62,639 bases of DNA from a virus (Duplodnaviria > Caudoviricetes). The DNA lies in IMG/VR virus record IMGVR_UViG_3300006638_000002, positions 1-62,639 of that record; one strand, 5' to 3'. The translations under genes and the position numbers were made by a program. This document shows, piece after piece, positions 1-10,034 of the stretch; positions within the stretch are counted from its first letter, which is position 1, and every line of letters begins with the position of its first letter. Below the pieces are notes generated by a model. It did not search any database, was not told the DNA's origin, and worked only from the letters and a program-made list of their open reading frames with translations.

Positions 1-996
1 TTCGTTGACGGTGCCATTGCAACCATCGGCGCGGAAGCTGATGCGGCTTGGACGACCGGCAGTGGCACAGCCATTTCCATTCTCAAGAACATAGCCGGTG
101 GCATTGCCGGTTCGATCCCCGCCGGTACGAACGTCATCGGCCATGTGGTCGTCGATACCGCGCCGACGACGGCAGTCACCGGGGCGTTCTGGCAAGCCAC
201 ACAGCCGGTCAGCGGCACGTTTTGGCAGGCGACACAACCTGTAAGCCTTGCGACCGCTCCGACAACTCCGGTTACAGGCACATTCTGGCAGACGACCCAG
301 CCGGTCTCTGGAATATTTTGGCAGGCAACTCAACCGATCAGCGCGACGGCGCTTCCACTACCAACCGGAGCATCCACCTCAGCCAATCAGGCAGTAGTCA
401 CTACTTGGGCCGGTGGCACTCTTGGCGCGATGGCCAACTTTGGATCGTCGCCGGGTGCGGTGCTGGTGCCGGGTGCAAACGTAGATACGCCGACTTCCGG
501 CAATCTCTACGGCGCCCTTACTGCTGCCGTCCCCGCGCTAAACGCGACGGCGTACAGCACCAATTCCTACTCAAATGCGGCGACTAGCCCGGTCAATGCA
601 GATTTGCACGGCAACCTTTATGTGCATGGCATTGGCGGTGCAGGCGGCTACCCGGCTGGCGCTACGCCAATCACTGCGTCTGCTACCGGGACAACGGCGG
701 CGACAACGGCGACACTAACCGGAACAAGCGTGACGACTGTGTATATCTGTAGCCGTTCTGTTCGCGCGAACGCCACGGCTGCGGCAACAGTCACCGACAC
801 GGTGACTGGGGTTATAACCGGGACAATTTCATCGATCTTGTGGGTTGCACCATTGGCATCAGGGCTTGGTGTCGATGAAGAAATATATAACCCGTGCGTT
901 CCAGCCAGCGGCACAAATCAAGCCATCGCTGTCGTGTCTGGTGCCCCTGGCACGGGCGGCGTTGTATCTGTACACGCTACTGGATTCTATCAGTGA
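1..996 (+). CDS. C-terminal part of Thr/Ala/Gly-rich fibre-like protein (5'-partial; probably continues 62146..62639)
   Basis: Frame 1 is open from base 1 (FVDGAIATIG...) to TGA 996; GxFWQxTQPVS repeats; two Cys. Confidence 0.75.
   Translation, partial: FVDGAIATIGAEADAAWTTGSGTAISILKNIAGGIAGSIPAGTNVIGHVVVDTAPTTAVTGAFWQATQPVSGTFWQATQPVSLATAPTTPVTGTFWQTTQPVSGIFWQATQPISATALPLPTGASTSANQAVVTTWAGGTLGAMANFGSSPGAVLVPGANVDTPTSGNLYGALTAAVPALNATAYSTNSYSNAATSPVNADLHGNLYVHGIGGAGGYPAGATPITASATGTTAATTATLTGTSVTTVYICSRSVRANATAAATVTDTVTGVITGTISSILWVAPLASGLGVDEEIYNPCVPASGTNQAIAVVSGAPGTGGVVSVHATGFYQ
181..342 (+). repeat. Four 33-bp/11-aa repeats GxFWQ(A/T)TQP(V/I)S
   Basis: Copies at 181-213, 214-246, 277-309, 310-342; synonymous codons differ. 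Confidence 0.9.
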
Positions 997-1748
997 GACG
1001 CCTAGCCTTTATCGCCCTGCTTGGCCTTCTCTGCTTCGGCAAAGCGGACGCCTTTTGGCAATCGCGAGGTTCTAATTACAATAGCAGTATTGCTTCAAGC
1101 GGCGGCGCTTCCGTTGCCTTCGATGCCAAAACAGTCACCACAACTTATGGCAGCACCTCTAGCATAACTAATTCGACCTTGACGGTGGGCTCCGGCTCAA
1201 ACCGTGCGCTTATCGCGGCTTTTGTCACATCAAACAACACCCCAACAGTTACATGTGTGTGGGATGCGGTTGGAGCCAATCAAAGTTTGACAGGGCTTAA
1301 AACTCAAGGGCAGGGAGTCGCAGCCAAAGGCGCCGTTATACTGCTGGGTCTTAGGAACCCAACCTCCGGAAATAAAATCTTAACTTGTACTCCGGGCGGC
1401 GCTTACAGTGACCAGTTTCTAAGTGCCGTTTCATTTACTGGGGTTTTGCAAACCAATGATGGCGTTGCATTCCCAAATAAGAGCGGGGCTACAAGCACGG
1501 GAACGGCCATCAGCAATGCTGTTACGAGTGCCGTTGGGAATATGACCGTAGATGTGGTTAGTTCAATTACACCTTACACCCTCAGCGCACCAACGCAGAC
1601 CGTGTTGTACACAAACAATGTTGCTGGATCGATAGTTAATGCTGGCAGCAGTTATGGAGCAGGAGCTTCAACCGTTACCTTTGCTTGGACTGCTTCAAAC
1701 GCAGCCGCAGTCTGGACAGATGCCGCAGTAGATATCGCCCACCAATGA
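993..1748 (+). CDS. Exported beta-rich protein with Sec signal peptide
   Basis: GTG overlaps upstream TGA (GTGA); VRRLAFIALLGLLCFGKADA|FWQ; Ser/Thr-rich; two mature Cys. Confidence 0.8.
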   Translation: MRRLAFIALLGLLCFGKADAFWQSRGSNYNSSIASSGGASVAFDAKTVTTTYGSTSSITNSTLTVGSGSNRALIAAFVTSNNTPTVTCVWDAVGANQSLTGLKTQGQGVAAKGAVILLGLRNPTSGNKILTCTPGGAYSDQFLSAVSFTGVLQTNDGVAFPNKSGATSTGTAISNAVTSAVGNMTVDVVSSITPYTLSAPTQTVLYTNNVAGSIVNAGSSYGAGASTVTFAWTASNAAAVWTDAAVDIAHQ

Positions 1749-1903
1749 AGAAACTTTTTGTTACTCTCGGTTTATTGGCAGCCGTCTTGATCTGCGGTGG
1801 ATGGAATGTTCATGGCATACCGTCGCCATCGACTAGTTTCATGTTGGTAAACACCGGCTCATTTATGCTGGTGAATACCGGATCAAAATTGAAGGTGAAA
1901 TAA
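1745..1903 (+). CDS. 52-aa signal-peptide micro-protein with tandem SFMLVNTG repeat
   Basis: ATGA overlap upstream, TAATG overlap downstream; MKKLFVTLGLLAAVLICGG N-terminus. Confidence 0.65.
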   Translation: MKKLFVTLGLLAAVLICGGWNVHGIPSPSTSFMLVNTGSFMLVNTGSKLKVK

Positions 1904-3438
1904 TGCTCCGGTTCATGGTCGGATTGATCTTGCTTGGTCTTATATCGCAGGCCAATGCCGCAGACTCCACTATCGATGCTCTCGGTGCCGGTTCTGCGTT
2001 AACTGGCGCAGAGTCAGTTCCAATGTTTCAGTCCGCTAACCCTGCTGTCAAAACAACGACCAGAGCGATAGGAAATTTGGCCCCTGGAAACGGGACGGCT
2101 TACATCGACGCTACGCAGCAGTCCGGCGCGGATATGTGCGCCAAGATCGCGGCGGCACAAACCGCACTTATATCAGCGTCACCATTTGGGGGTGTTGTTG
2201 ATGCGCGTGGTTTTCTTGGCGTGCAGCCGTGTGCCGGTTCCATGTTTCTTGCTACCGGGAATGTTGCCGTAACAATTCTTCTTGGTGCCACTTCAATTCA
2301 AACGGCTGTACCTCAAAATCCTCCAACGCTGACTGCGCTGGTTGGCTCTATGCCATTCTCCATTAACGCTCCACTAATAGCGCAAGCCACTGGCACAGTC
2401 ATTCAGCCCGCAAATTCCAACTCTTTTGTAGTTACTAAAACGACCAGCGGATCGACCGCAAGCGGGGCCGTATTGCCGTTTACCGACACATCTGGAATTG
2501 TGGTCGGTGATTCCGTGACCGGAACGAATATAGTCGTACATACCACTGTTCAGTCCATTGTGACTAATACCAGCGTGACAGTGGGAGAGGCAATTTCCGG
2601 GACAGTGGGAAGTGGTGCAACGATCACTTTCACGCATCCAATCATGTCGATGGGCGCTGGTGCCGTTTCTACTGCCGTACAAATTTCCAACCTGAAAGTT
2701 TCGTGCCAGCAGCCTAACGCGAGTTATCTATCTGGCGGAATTGGCATTCAGAATGATTGGGCGCAGCAGCAGAGTTTTCTTTTCAACGTGGTTATCAGCG
2801 GATGCTTTACTAACTTCGATATAGAAACAACGAATGCTCAAAACGGCGGTCCTTACAACTATGTGACAATGGCGGCAGGTTATGCGTCCGTCAACGAAAC
2901 GTGCATGAAGATAGGAAATAATAATGGCAGCAACACAGTTCTCGAATCTGCGTTTCACGGCCTTTCCTGCGGCGGCGCAGGAGTAGGTTTTGAACCTACT
3001 GTCGGAATTTATCAGGATGCGTATTCATTGGGCATCTATGATTCCAATGTGGAAAATGTAGTTACAGGCATCGAGGTAGGACGATACAACTTCGTTCACG
3101 GTCTATTGCTATCGAATATAAATTGTGGTGGGCAGGCCCAAGCAATGACCACCTGTGTCGATATTTCTTCAAACAATTCCGTGGATGCCGCGACACTCAC
3201 GAACATTACCGGATACAGTGGGGACGGCGTTACTAACAGGCTTGTCGATCATATCAATTCAAGAACTATAACGACCCCGTGGGTCGCCTACTATATACTC
3301 GCGCACGACGGGTCGATCATAGCCGATGGTGCCACTAACCTTTTTACGACGCTTGGAACAACGGCGGGTGTTACTTGTGCGAGTGGCGTAACAGCCGCAA
3401 CTGTTACGGTATTGAAAGGCATTGTGACGCATTGCTAG
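1903..3438 (+). CDS. Exported tailspike-like (probable beta-helix) protein with Sec signal peptide
   Basis: MLRFMVGLILLGLISQANA|ADS; GADMCAKIAAAQ..GGVVDARG cap typical of beta-helix tailspikes; Asn/Gly-rich; 10 Cys. Confidence 0.75.
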   Translation: MLRFMVGLILLGLISQANAADSTIDALGAGSALTGAESVPMFQSANPAVKTTTRAIGNLAPGNGTAYIDATQQSGADMCAKIAAAQTALISASPFGGVVDARGFLGVQPCAGSMFLATGNVAVTILLGATSIQTAVPQNPPTLTALVGSMPFSINAPLIAQATGTVIQPANSNSFVVTKTTSGSTASGAVLPFTDTSGIVVGDSVTGTNIVVHTTVQSIVTNTSVTVGEAISGTVGSGATITFTHPIMSMGAGAVSTAVQISNLKVSCQQPNASYLSGGIGIQNDWAQQQSFLFNVVISGCFTNFDIETTNAQNGGPYNYVTMAAGYASVNETCMKIGNNNGSNTVLESAFHGLSCGGAGVGFEPTVGIYQDAYSLGIYDSNVENVVTGIEVGRYNFVHGLLLSNINCGGQAQAMTTCVDISSNNSVDAATLTNITGYSGDGVTNRLVDHINSRTITTPWVAYYILAHDGSIIADGATNLFTTLGTTAGVTCASGVTAATVTVLKGIVTHC

Positions 3439-3604
3439 GGGACTCGACGGTTCTGATGCGCATCTAGTCCGGTGCGTTGCACCGCTTCTATGCCGGCCCA
3501 TTCTACCCGGTCATGAAACGGATAGCCTTCGCACGCGTGCTATGGTAGCCACGTTCTAGCCGTGTTAGTTTGATTCCTGTTGCAAAAATAAGGAAATCCG
3601 CACC

Positions 3605-4150
3605 ATGGGCCATCTCCAATCGACAATGAAACGGATCGAGGATGAAGAGCTGCCTGCGAATGTTGTGGCTGTCGTGATCGAGAGTGACCCACTCGCCCAG
3701 CCCGTCGCGCCACAGTCCAAGACATTCGAGGTTCCTGGCATTGGCACCTCAGTTCAATTCCGCCTGCGTGGTGGAGAATGGCGAAATGGGCAGAATGCCT
3801 TTGCGGCGATAGTGACCAAATCCAATCCTGATGATGGCACTGTGAATCTGCTGGTGGTGTTCGGCGCCGATGATTTCATGGAGCAGCAGAGTGTCCCGCA
3901 ATTGGTCGGTGACGGCGATTGGGGCTGGTCAATGCTCGATAGCTCGGCTGGCGCGGGGATAGCTAAACTGCGGGCTGAGTTTAAGGCGTTCAAGGCCGAA
4001 CTTGCCGCTGTTATCCTTGGGGGATGGGAGATTCGAAAGGAATCGATTTACGACGTGCTGCAAGAACATGATAACCGGCTATCGCTACTTGCTAGCGGAA
4101 ATGCGCCTGATCCAGTATCGCCGCGGCGTCGTCGTAGGCAGAGGGACTAA
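3605..4150 (+). CDS. Hypothetical protein
   Basis: SD AAGGA upstream; sits directly before the portal. Confidence 0.75.
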   Translation: MGHLQSTMKRIEDEELPANVVAVVIESDPLAQPVAPQSKTFEVPGIGTSVQFRLRGGEWRNGQNAFAAIVTKSNPDDGTVNLLVVFGADDFMEQQSVPQLVGDGDWGWSMLDSSAGAGIAKLRAEFKAFKAELAAVILGGWEIRKESIYDVLQEHDNRLSLLASGNAPDPVSPRRRRRQRD

Positions 4151-4155
4151 CCGCC

Positions 4156-6510
4156 TTGGACCCTGGTGCTGTCCAATCAATCGATACGCCCCCCGACGAT
4201 GGCATGACGATCGACGGGAATGCTGGATTGCCGGATGACGCTCCAGCGGCAGCGGTGTTGTCGATTAGCTCGCTCCCAGTCGGCAAGCAATTCGACGTTC
4301 TAAAGCAATTGCACCTTTCCGACGCCGACCACACGAAAGAGTGGCGTGCGATGGCAGAGGAATGGTTTGCCTTCCGCGCTGGCGAACAATGGACCGCAGA
4401 GGATAGGGCGCTGCTCAATAGCCAGCAGCGGCCGCATATCGTTTTTAACCGCGTCCTAACCATCCTAAAGGCCGTGGCGGGTATGGAAATCAACGGTCGG
4501 CACGAGATCACGTTCATTCCCCGCGGCACGCAGGATACGGCGGTTAACGAGGTGCTTTCGGCGGCTTCGAAATGGATGTCTGACGAATGCGACGGCGAGG
4601 ACGAGGAAAGCTCCGCTTTCGATGACACCTGTACGTGTGGAATCGGTGTTTGCGAGTCAAGAATGTCCTACGAGGACGATCCCGCGGGCCTCTATGTCGA
4701 GGACTGCATCGATCCGCGTGAGTTTTACTGGGACCGGACCGCGACCAAGAAAAACTTAGCCAATGCACGCCGTCTTTCCCGTGTACGCCGGATGCCTTTG
4801 GGCGATGCTTTGGCGTTATTTCCCGGCAGGACGGTGGAGCAATTAGACGCTACTTGGGCAGATGCTGGCCCGATGGATTACCCAAAGCGGACCATTGAGG
4901 AAAAGCGCAAGCGTGACGCTGATAATTCCTCGATGCAGGAATACGATGATAACTGCGAAGTGACGCTAGTACAGATTCAGTGGTTTGAGCGTGAGCCATA
5001 TTGGATTGTGGCCGATACGCAGACCAATACGAAAGCCGAACTGAGCGATGCGGAATACAATCGGTTTGTCGGCCGCATGAAGGTGCTTGGCATGCCGGTT
5101 CATGCCGCAAAGCTTACCCGCAAGGTCTACAAGCAGGCGTGGATGGGCGGGGATTTGCTGCAGAAAGCAGGTCCCGCGCCGATCAAGGGCAAATTCTCGT
5201 GGGATGTGATTACCGGAGAATTCGACAAGTCGAAGAAGTCGTGGTTTGGGCTTGTGAAGGTCATGCGCGACCCGCAGATGTGGGCAAACAAGTGGCTTTC
5301 TCAGATCCTGCATATCCTCAATACCACGGCGAAGGGCGGCATTCTGGCTGAGACGTCGGCATTCGATGATCAGCGCGAGGCCGAGGAAGGCTATGCACGG
5401 CCTGATACGATCACATGGCTGGCTGATGGCTCGCTGTCGGGTGATAAGCCGAAGATCATGCCCAAGCCTGGTGCCGGCATGACCGAGGGCTATCTCGGGC
5501 TTATGACCTTTGCCATTTCGTCGATCAAGGACGTGACGGGTATCAACCTCGAGCTATTGGGCCAGCAGGACCAGAACCAGCCCGGCATTATCGAGGCGAT
5601 GCGCAAGCAGGCCGGTATGACGGTGCTGGCGACATTGTTTGATTCGCTGCGTCGGTTCCGCAAAAATGTTGGACGATCACGGCTCTATTTCATCCAGAAT
5701 TTCTTGTCGGATGGTCGCCTGATTCGCGTGGTGCAGCCTGATAACGTGCAGGCCGTGGCTCTGGCAAAGCAAAGCACCACCGGAAAATACAACGTGATCG
5801 TGGACGATACGCCTACGTCGCCAAACCAGAAGGAAGCCAATTGGGCGATTATCCAGCCGCTGCTAGGGATATTCAAAGATCAGCTTATGGCTAATCCGCA
5901 GGTGTTCGCCATGCTGCTTGAGTACTCGCCGCTGCCGAATCGCATTGTGGAGGCAATCAAAGGATTTATTGCCAAGCAGCAGAACGATCCGCAGGCGAAG
6001 CAGGATCAGGATATTGCGAAACATTTGGCGATTACTGCGCAGGTCGCCTCGATTTCCAAGGATCAGTCGATCGCTGAAATGAACAACAAAAAGGCCGGGG
6101 CGACTGAGGCGACGGCCATGTACGACATTGCGCTCGCTCGCAAGATGCTGGCCGAGAACGATACAAGCGGGCTTGATGCTCACCTCAAGGCAATGGAGGG
6201 GGCTGCCAAGGTGCAGACCGCAGCGGCGAACGCTGATAAGACCACGGCGCAGGCGGCTAGGGAGCGTGCCGGGGTGGTAAACGACCGCCTAGAAACGCAC
6301 GCCAAGGTCATAGGGGCCGTTTCTGATGCTCACCGAGCCACAACCGATGGCCATGCGGCCCATCTGGGGGGACTCATCGATCATATTGGCGCTATCGGGG
6401 GGCTACATCGTGATCTTGCTGCTGCGCACAAGGACCATGTGACTGCCGATCGCACGGAAGCAACGCCAATTCCTGAGCCACAGCCTGCGGCACCTGCTGG
6501 TGGTGCATGA
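4156..6510 (+). CDS. Portal protein (P22-like)
   Basis: GEQW..EDRALL..QQRPHIVFNR motif, GLVKVMRDPQ..ANK, long helical C-terminus; position after TerL. Confidence 0.9.
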   Translation: MDPGAVQSIDTPPDDGMTIDGNAGLPDDAPAAAVLSISSLPVGKQFDVLKQLHLSDADHTKEWRAMAEEWFAFRAGEQWTAEDRALLNSQQRPHIVFNRVLTILKAVAGMEINGRHEITFIPRGTQDTAVNEVLSAASKWMSDECDGEDEESSAFDDTCTCGIGVCESRMSYEDDPAGLYVEDCIDPREFYWDRTATKKNLANARRLSRVRRMPLGDALALFPGRTVEQLDATWADAGPMDYPKRTIEEKRKRDADNSSMQEYDDNCEVTLVQIQWFEREPYWIVADTQTNTKAELSDAEYNRFVGRMKVLGMPVHAAKLTRKVYKQAWMGGDLLQKAGPAPIKGKFSWDVITGEFDKSKKSWFGLVKVMRDPQMWANKWLSQILHILNTTAKGGILAETSAFDDQREAEEGYARPDTITWLADGSLSGDKPKIMPKPGAGMTEGYLGLMTFAISSIKDVTGINLELLGQQDQNQPGIIEAMRKQAGMTVLATLFDSLRRFRKNVGRSRLYFIQNFLSDGRLIRVVQPDNVQAVALAKQSTTGKYNVIVDDTPTSPNQKEANWAIIQPLLGIFKDQLMANPQVFAMLLEYSPLPNRIVEAIKGFIAKQQNDPQAKQDQDIAKHLAITAQVASISKDQSIAEMNNKKAGATEATAMYDIALARKMLAENDTSGLDAHLKAMEGAAKVQTAAANADKTTAQAARERAGVVNDRLETHAKVIGAVSDAHRATTDGHAAHLGGLIDHIGAIGGLHRDLAAAHKDHVTADRTEATPIPEPQPAAPAGGA

Positions 6511-6854
6511 TTCGTGGTCGTGTCCAACTGGTGCGTATGCTTCAGGGAATGTTTGAAACCCACCTGCGGGGGCTATATCGGTGGGGAGAAATTGCCTTTC
6601 ACGTCGCGGAAGCTGCGGATAAACCGGAAGGCAAGCGCAAGAACGCTTACGGAAAGTTCAAGGAAATAGTAGCTATCCGGTTCGGGCCCTACGATCTCAC
6701 GGTCGAATCGCCCAATGAGAAGCCCCCGCTTGGGCATATCCTTTTGACTAGTCCGGATGGCACGATGGAGTTTGATTCGCTGGATGCTTCGGTTCTTGAC
6801 GAAATAGGACGTCGCATCCGTTCACAACACGAGGAGGTTGTTTCCTATGGCTGA
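6507..6854 (+). CDS. Hypothetical protein
   Basis: ATGA overlap with portal stop. Confidence 0.65.
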   Translation: MIRGRVQLVRMLQGMFETHLRGLYRWGEIAFHVAEAADKPEGKRKNAYGKFKEIVAIRFGPYDLTVESPNEKPPLGHILLTSPDGTMEFDSLDASVLDEIGRRIRSQHEEVVSYG

Positions 6855-8004
6855 TACCGCGCAAGCCCTCAATCCGGCAGATACTGCGGGAGAGGTCGAC
6901 GACGGGTTCACCTCTGAAGAGCGTACTGCATTCGAACAGATGCGCGAATCTACGTCAGATCCCGCGCCTGCCCCCACTCCGGAACCAACCCCTGAGCCAA
7001 CGCCTGCCCCGGCTCCCGCTGCGGCTGATGCTGCTGCGGCTGATGATGACGATGAGGATGAGCCTGCGGCTGCTGCCCCCGAGGCGGGAAAACCTGCTGC
7101 CGATGGTACTACGCCTCCCGTGGTGCCCAAACGCCGGGTATCGGCCCGCAAATACGAACGTGCCGAGGAAGCCCGTCAGAAGGCAGAGAATGAACTCAAT
7201 GAGACACGCCAGAATCAGGCGCGGCTCGACGAGCGTTTGCGTATCCTGAATGAGGCTTTGACGGCCACGCCTGCCGCTGCCCCAGACCCAGCCGAGGAGG
7301 ATCCGGAGCCGGATGCCGATCAGGACATTTTCGCTTGGGTGAACTGGAAAAAGCGGGACGATGCTCGTTTCCGCGCTGAGATAGCCGAAAGGCAGGCTTC
7401 GCAGCAAACCCGCACTGAAGAGCAAGACTTGTCGGCTGCGTATATCGACGATGCCCGATCGGTTGCGGCTGCTGATCCTACATTCGTCCCGGCCTATCAA
7501 TTCCTGATGGCAAATCGGACCTATGAACTCGCGCAGTATTTCTTTCAGAAAGACCTATCCGAGAATGGCGCGACTCTCACTGATGCCGAGATCGGTAAAA
7601 TCCGGCAGACGATCGCGGCAGAGGAGCGCGAACTTGTATCGGGGGCCATCAAAAATAAGCGGTCGCCGGCAAAGGCAGTTCTGGCTCTCGCCAAGGCGCG
7701 TGGATTCCGTCCACAGGCACCGGCTGCGGCTCCCGCGGCTGATGCCAAGCCGAATGGTGCTGCGGCTGCTGCTCCTGCGGCGGTCCCTGGTGCGTTAAAT
7801 GCCACGGGTGAAGCTCCGCGTGTACAGGACGAAATCGCCCGCATCCGTGAAGGCTCTGAGGCCGCACGGTCGCTATCCACAGGTGGTGGCGCTCCGCCGA
7901 ATCCTCTGACGCCTGAAAAGCTGGCGAATATGTCGGACGATGAATTCAATCATATGGTCGAGACTATGTCGCCTGACCAAAACCGCCAATTCTTCGGAAC
8001 GTAA
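6847..8004 (+). CDS. Putative scaffolding protein
   Basis: GAGGAGG SD; acidic/Pro-rich N-terminus, coiled coil, C-terminal LANMSDDEF motif; between portal and capsid. Confidence 0.8.
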   Translation: MADTAQALNPADTAGEVDDGFTSEERTAFEQMRESTSDPAPAPTPEPTPEPTPAPAPAAADAAAADDDDEDEPAAAAPEAGKPAADGTTPPVVPKRRVSARKYERAEEARQKAENELNETRQNQARLDERLRILNEALTATPAAAPDPAEEDPEPDADQDIFAWVNWKKRDDARFRAEIAERQASQQTRTEEQDLSAAYIDDARSVAAADPTFVPAYQFLMANRTYELAQYFFQKDLSENGATLTDAEIGKIRQTIAAEERELVSGAIKNKRSPAKAVLALAKARGFRPQAPAAAPAADAKPNGAAAAAPAAVPGALNATGEAPRVQDEIARIREGSEAARSLSTGGGAPPNPLTPEKLANMSDDEFNHMVETMSPDQNRQFFGT

Positions 8005-8207
8005 TGATGGCTGCCTTCATCCTGGCTGGCATTGTGGCTGTAGCGACCATCGTCATAGTCGTGATGATGTTTATGGCTGCAAGCATGAGTGATAATTCAA
8101 GTATGGCTGATGACGTTGGCCACAATGCAATCTATCTTTTATTCATCGGGATTGCGTTGGCAGTGATGATTGCTGCAAGTCATTGGCTCCCGCATATTGG
8201 CTGGTGA
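8004..8207 (+). CDS. Small two-TM membrane protein
   Basis: Two hydrophobic segments; TAATG coupling. Confidence 0.6.
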   Translation: MMAAFILAGIVAVATIVIVVMMFMAASMSDNSSMADDVGHNAIYLLFIGIALAVMIAASHWLPHIGW

Positions 8208-8462
8208 AATAGTGGGGCTTTACAAACCTGCATACCACTGCTAGTAATTGGTTCCAGTAAGCGGCGGTTGTGACCATCGCCCTCCCCGGGCCGGTCAAAG
8301 AACCTCCCCTCATCGGTCTAGTCCACCGAATTTAGGACAGGCGCCGTGTCCCGCGCTTCTCAATGGGAAAACTCGCCGCGCAGGCGATAATTTGCGCACC
8401 CCGACTTCGACGCGAATTTTGGACGGCTGCTCGATACGAGCGCCTCAACGCAGGGTGCCAGA

Positions 8463-9575
8463 ATGTCTACAACCTCTTTCGGAGTTAATGACGCGCTCGC
8501 CATTAAGCTCTGGTCGCGCAAGCTAGACCATGAAGCCCTGAAATACACGGATATCGGGCCGCTGATCGGTGACGATCCGGACTCGGTCATCCACCGGAAA
8601 ACCGAGACGCAGAAGGGTCCTGGCGATCAGATCACCTACGCGATCCGGATGCAGTTGTCCGGTGCGGGTTTCACCGAGAATCAGCTTGCCGAGGGTAACG
8701 GCGAATCGCTGACGACCTACTCGGACAAAATCCTGATCAACGAACTCGGCCACGTCGTCGGCGTGAAGTCTGAGTACACGATCGACCAGCAGCGGGTGCC
8801 TTTCGACCTGCGAGACGAGGCCAAGGGCGGCCTTGCCGATTGGTACGCCAAACGCTTTTCCGTGGCGTTCTTCAATCAGGTTTGCGGCAATACGGTGCAG
8901 ACCGATCTCCGCTTTACTGGCTTGAACTCGACGATTGCGGCTACCCGCATCATCCGGCAGTCTGGCCGCGCCTCTGACGATCTCCTGGTGGCTGGCGACA
9001 CTTTCACGCTGAACCTGATCGACAAGGCGAAGGAAGCCGCGATCACCGCAACTCCGAAAATCCGGCCGGCTCGATTTGCTGGTGGATCGAGCGGCGGCAC
9101 CATGAATCCTGGTAGGCGCGACTTTAACAGGACGCTGACCGACAAGTATGTGATGTACCTGCATCCGTACCAGATCACTGATTTGCGCTCGAACACTTCG
9201 ACCGGCCAATGGCTCGACCTGACCAAGGCCGCGCAGATGGGCCGTGGCATGGATAGCCCGATCTATACCGGCGCCATTGGTGAATATAACGGCGTCATCC
9301 TTCGCTCATCCTTCGACGTGGCAAGCGGCATTTCTGCTGCTGGCGTGCTGGTGGCGAATACCTACCGCGCGGTGCTGTTGGGCGGCCAAGCCTGCATGAT
9401 CGCTTTCGGACAGAAGAACTCGCAAACCAAGTATCGGTGGAACGAGGAACTGTTCGACCATAAGCGCCGACTTGAAGTGTCGGCGTGGACCATCCACGGC
9501 TTGAAAAAGACCGTGTACAATTCCCTCGACTATGGCTGCATCGTCGTCTCGACGTATGCTGCGGCCCACACCTAA
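8463..9575 (+). CDS. Major capsid protein (N4-gp56/DUF4043-type)
   Basis: K.WS..L..E, GDQIT, EGNGESL, YVMYLHPYQ..DL, G.IGEYNGV, RAVLLGGQA motifs; 370 aa. Confidence 0.9.
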   Translation: MSTTSFGVNDALAIKLWSRKLDHEALKYTDIGPLIGDDPDSVIHRKTETQKGPGDQITYAIRMQLSGAGFTENQLAEGNGESLTTYSDKILINELGHVVGVKSEYTIDQQRVPFDLRDEAKGGLADWYAKRFSVAFFNQVCGNTVQTDLRFTGLNSTIAATRIIRQSGRASDDLLVAGDTFTLNLIDKAKEAAITATPKIRPARFAGGSSGGTMNPGRRDFNRTLTDKYVMYLHPYQITDLRSNTSTGQWLDLTKAAQMGRGMDSPIYTGAIGEYNGVILRSSFDVASGISAAGVLVANTYRAVLLGGQACMIAFGQKNSQTKYRWNEELFDHKRRLEVSAWTIHGLKKTVYNSLDYGCIVVSTYAAAHT

Positions 9576-9592
9576 CGGAGGCTTGATTAGCC

Positions 9593-10018
9593 ATGGCCAC
9601 TGATACCGTACAGGTTTCGCCTCCGACTCGTCTTGATCCGAGGCAACTTGTAAACACCCTCAAAAAGACGGTGAATTTTGGCGATGCCGCAGTTGGTACT
9701 GGCAACGCCTTCGATAATTCGCTGCCGATTGGTGCCTTCATCATCGGCGTGAAGGTCGAAATCGTCACGGTCTTTAACGCTGGGACCACCAACGTTCTCA
9801 CGGTCGGCACCAACCCGACGACCTATAACGATATCGTCGCCGCTGGCGATGTGGACGAATTGACTGCTGGCGTGACCGAGGTTGGTCGCGCTTGGGGTCG
9901 TGGCCTTGCTGCCACGGTCGCCAAGCCAGTCTATGCGATGTATACGCAGAGTGGCACGGCGGGATCGACCGGGCAGGCCATCATCGTGATCACCTTTGAA
10001 GGCGGCTGGCAGAGCTAA
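9593..10018 (+). CDS. Capsid decoration/cement-like protein
   Basis: LPIGAFIIGVKVEIVTVFNAGT..LTVG beta-rich pattern; directly after capsid; GGAGG SD. Confidence 0.7.
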   Translation: MATDTVQVSPPTRLDPRQLVNTLKKTVNFGDAAVGTGNAFDNSLPIGAFIIGVKVEIVTVFNAGTTNVLTVGTNPTTYNDIVAAGDVDELTAGVTEVGRAWGRGLAATVAKPVYAMYTQSGTAGSTGQAIIVITFEGGWQS

Positions 10019-10034
10019 CAGGAGAATTACGGCT

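Noticed and set aside
894-992. ORF-track N-terminal extensions (894, 1685, 27305, 28282, 40116, 40183, 40734, 42265, 42827, 48354, 53596)
   Set aside because: They overlap upstream genes or sites; downstream starts with stop/start coupling or SD fit better and expose the signal peptides and junction motifs.
3452-3520. Hammerhead ribozyme (CTGATG...GAAAC)
   Set aside because: Core reads CUGAUGC rather than CUGANGA and the stems do not fit the hammerhead topology.
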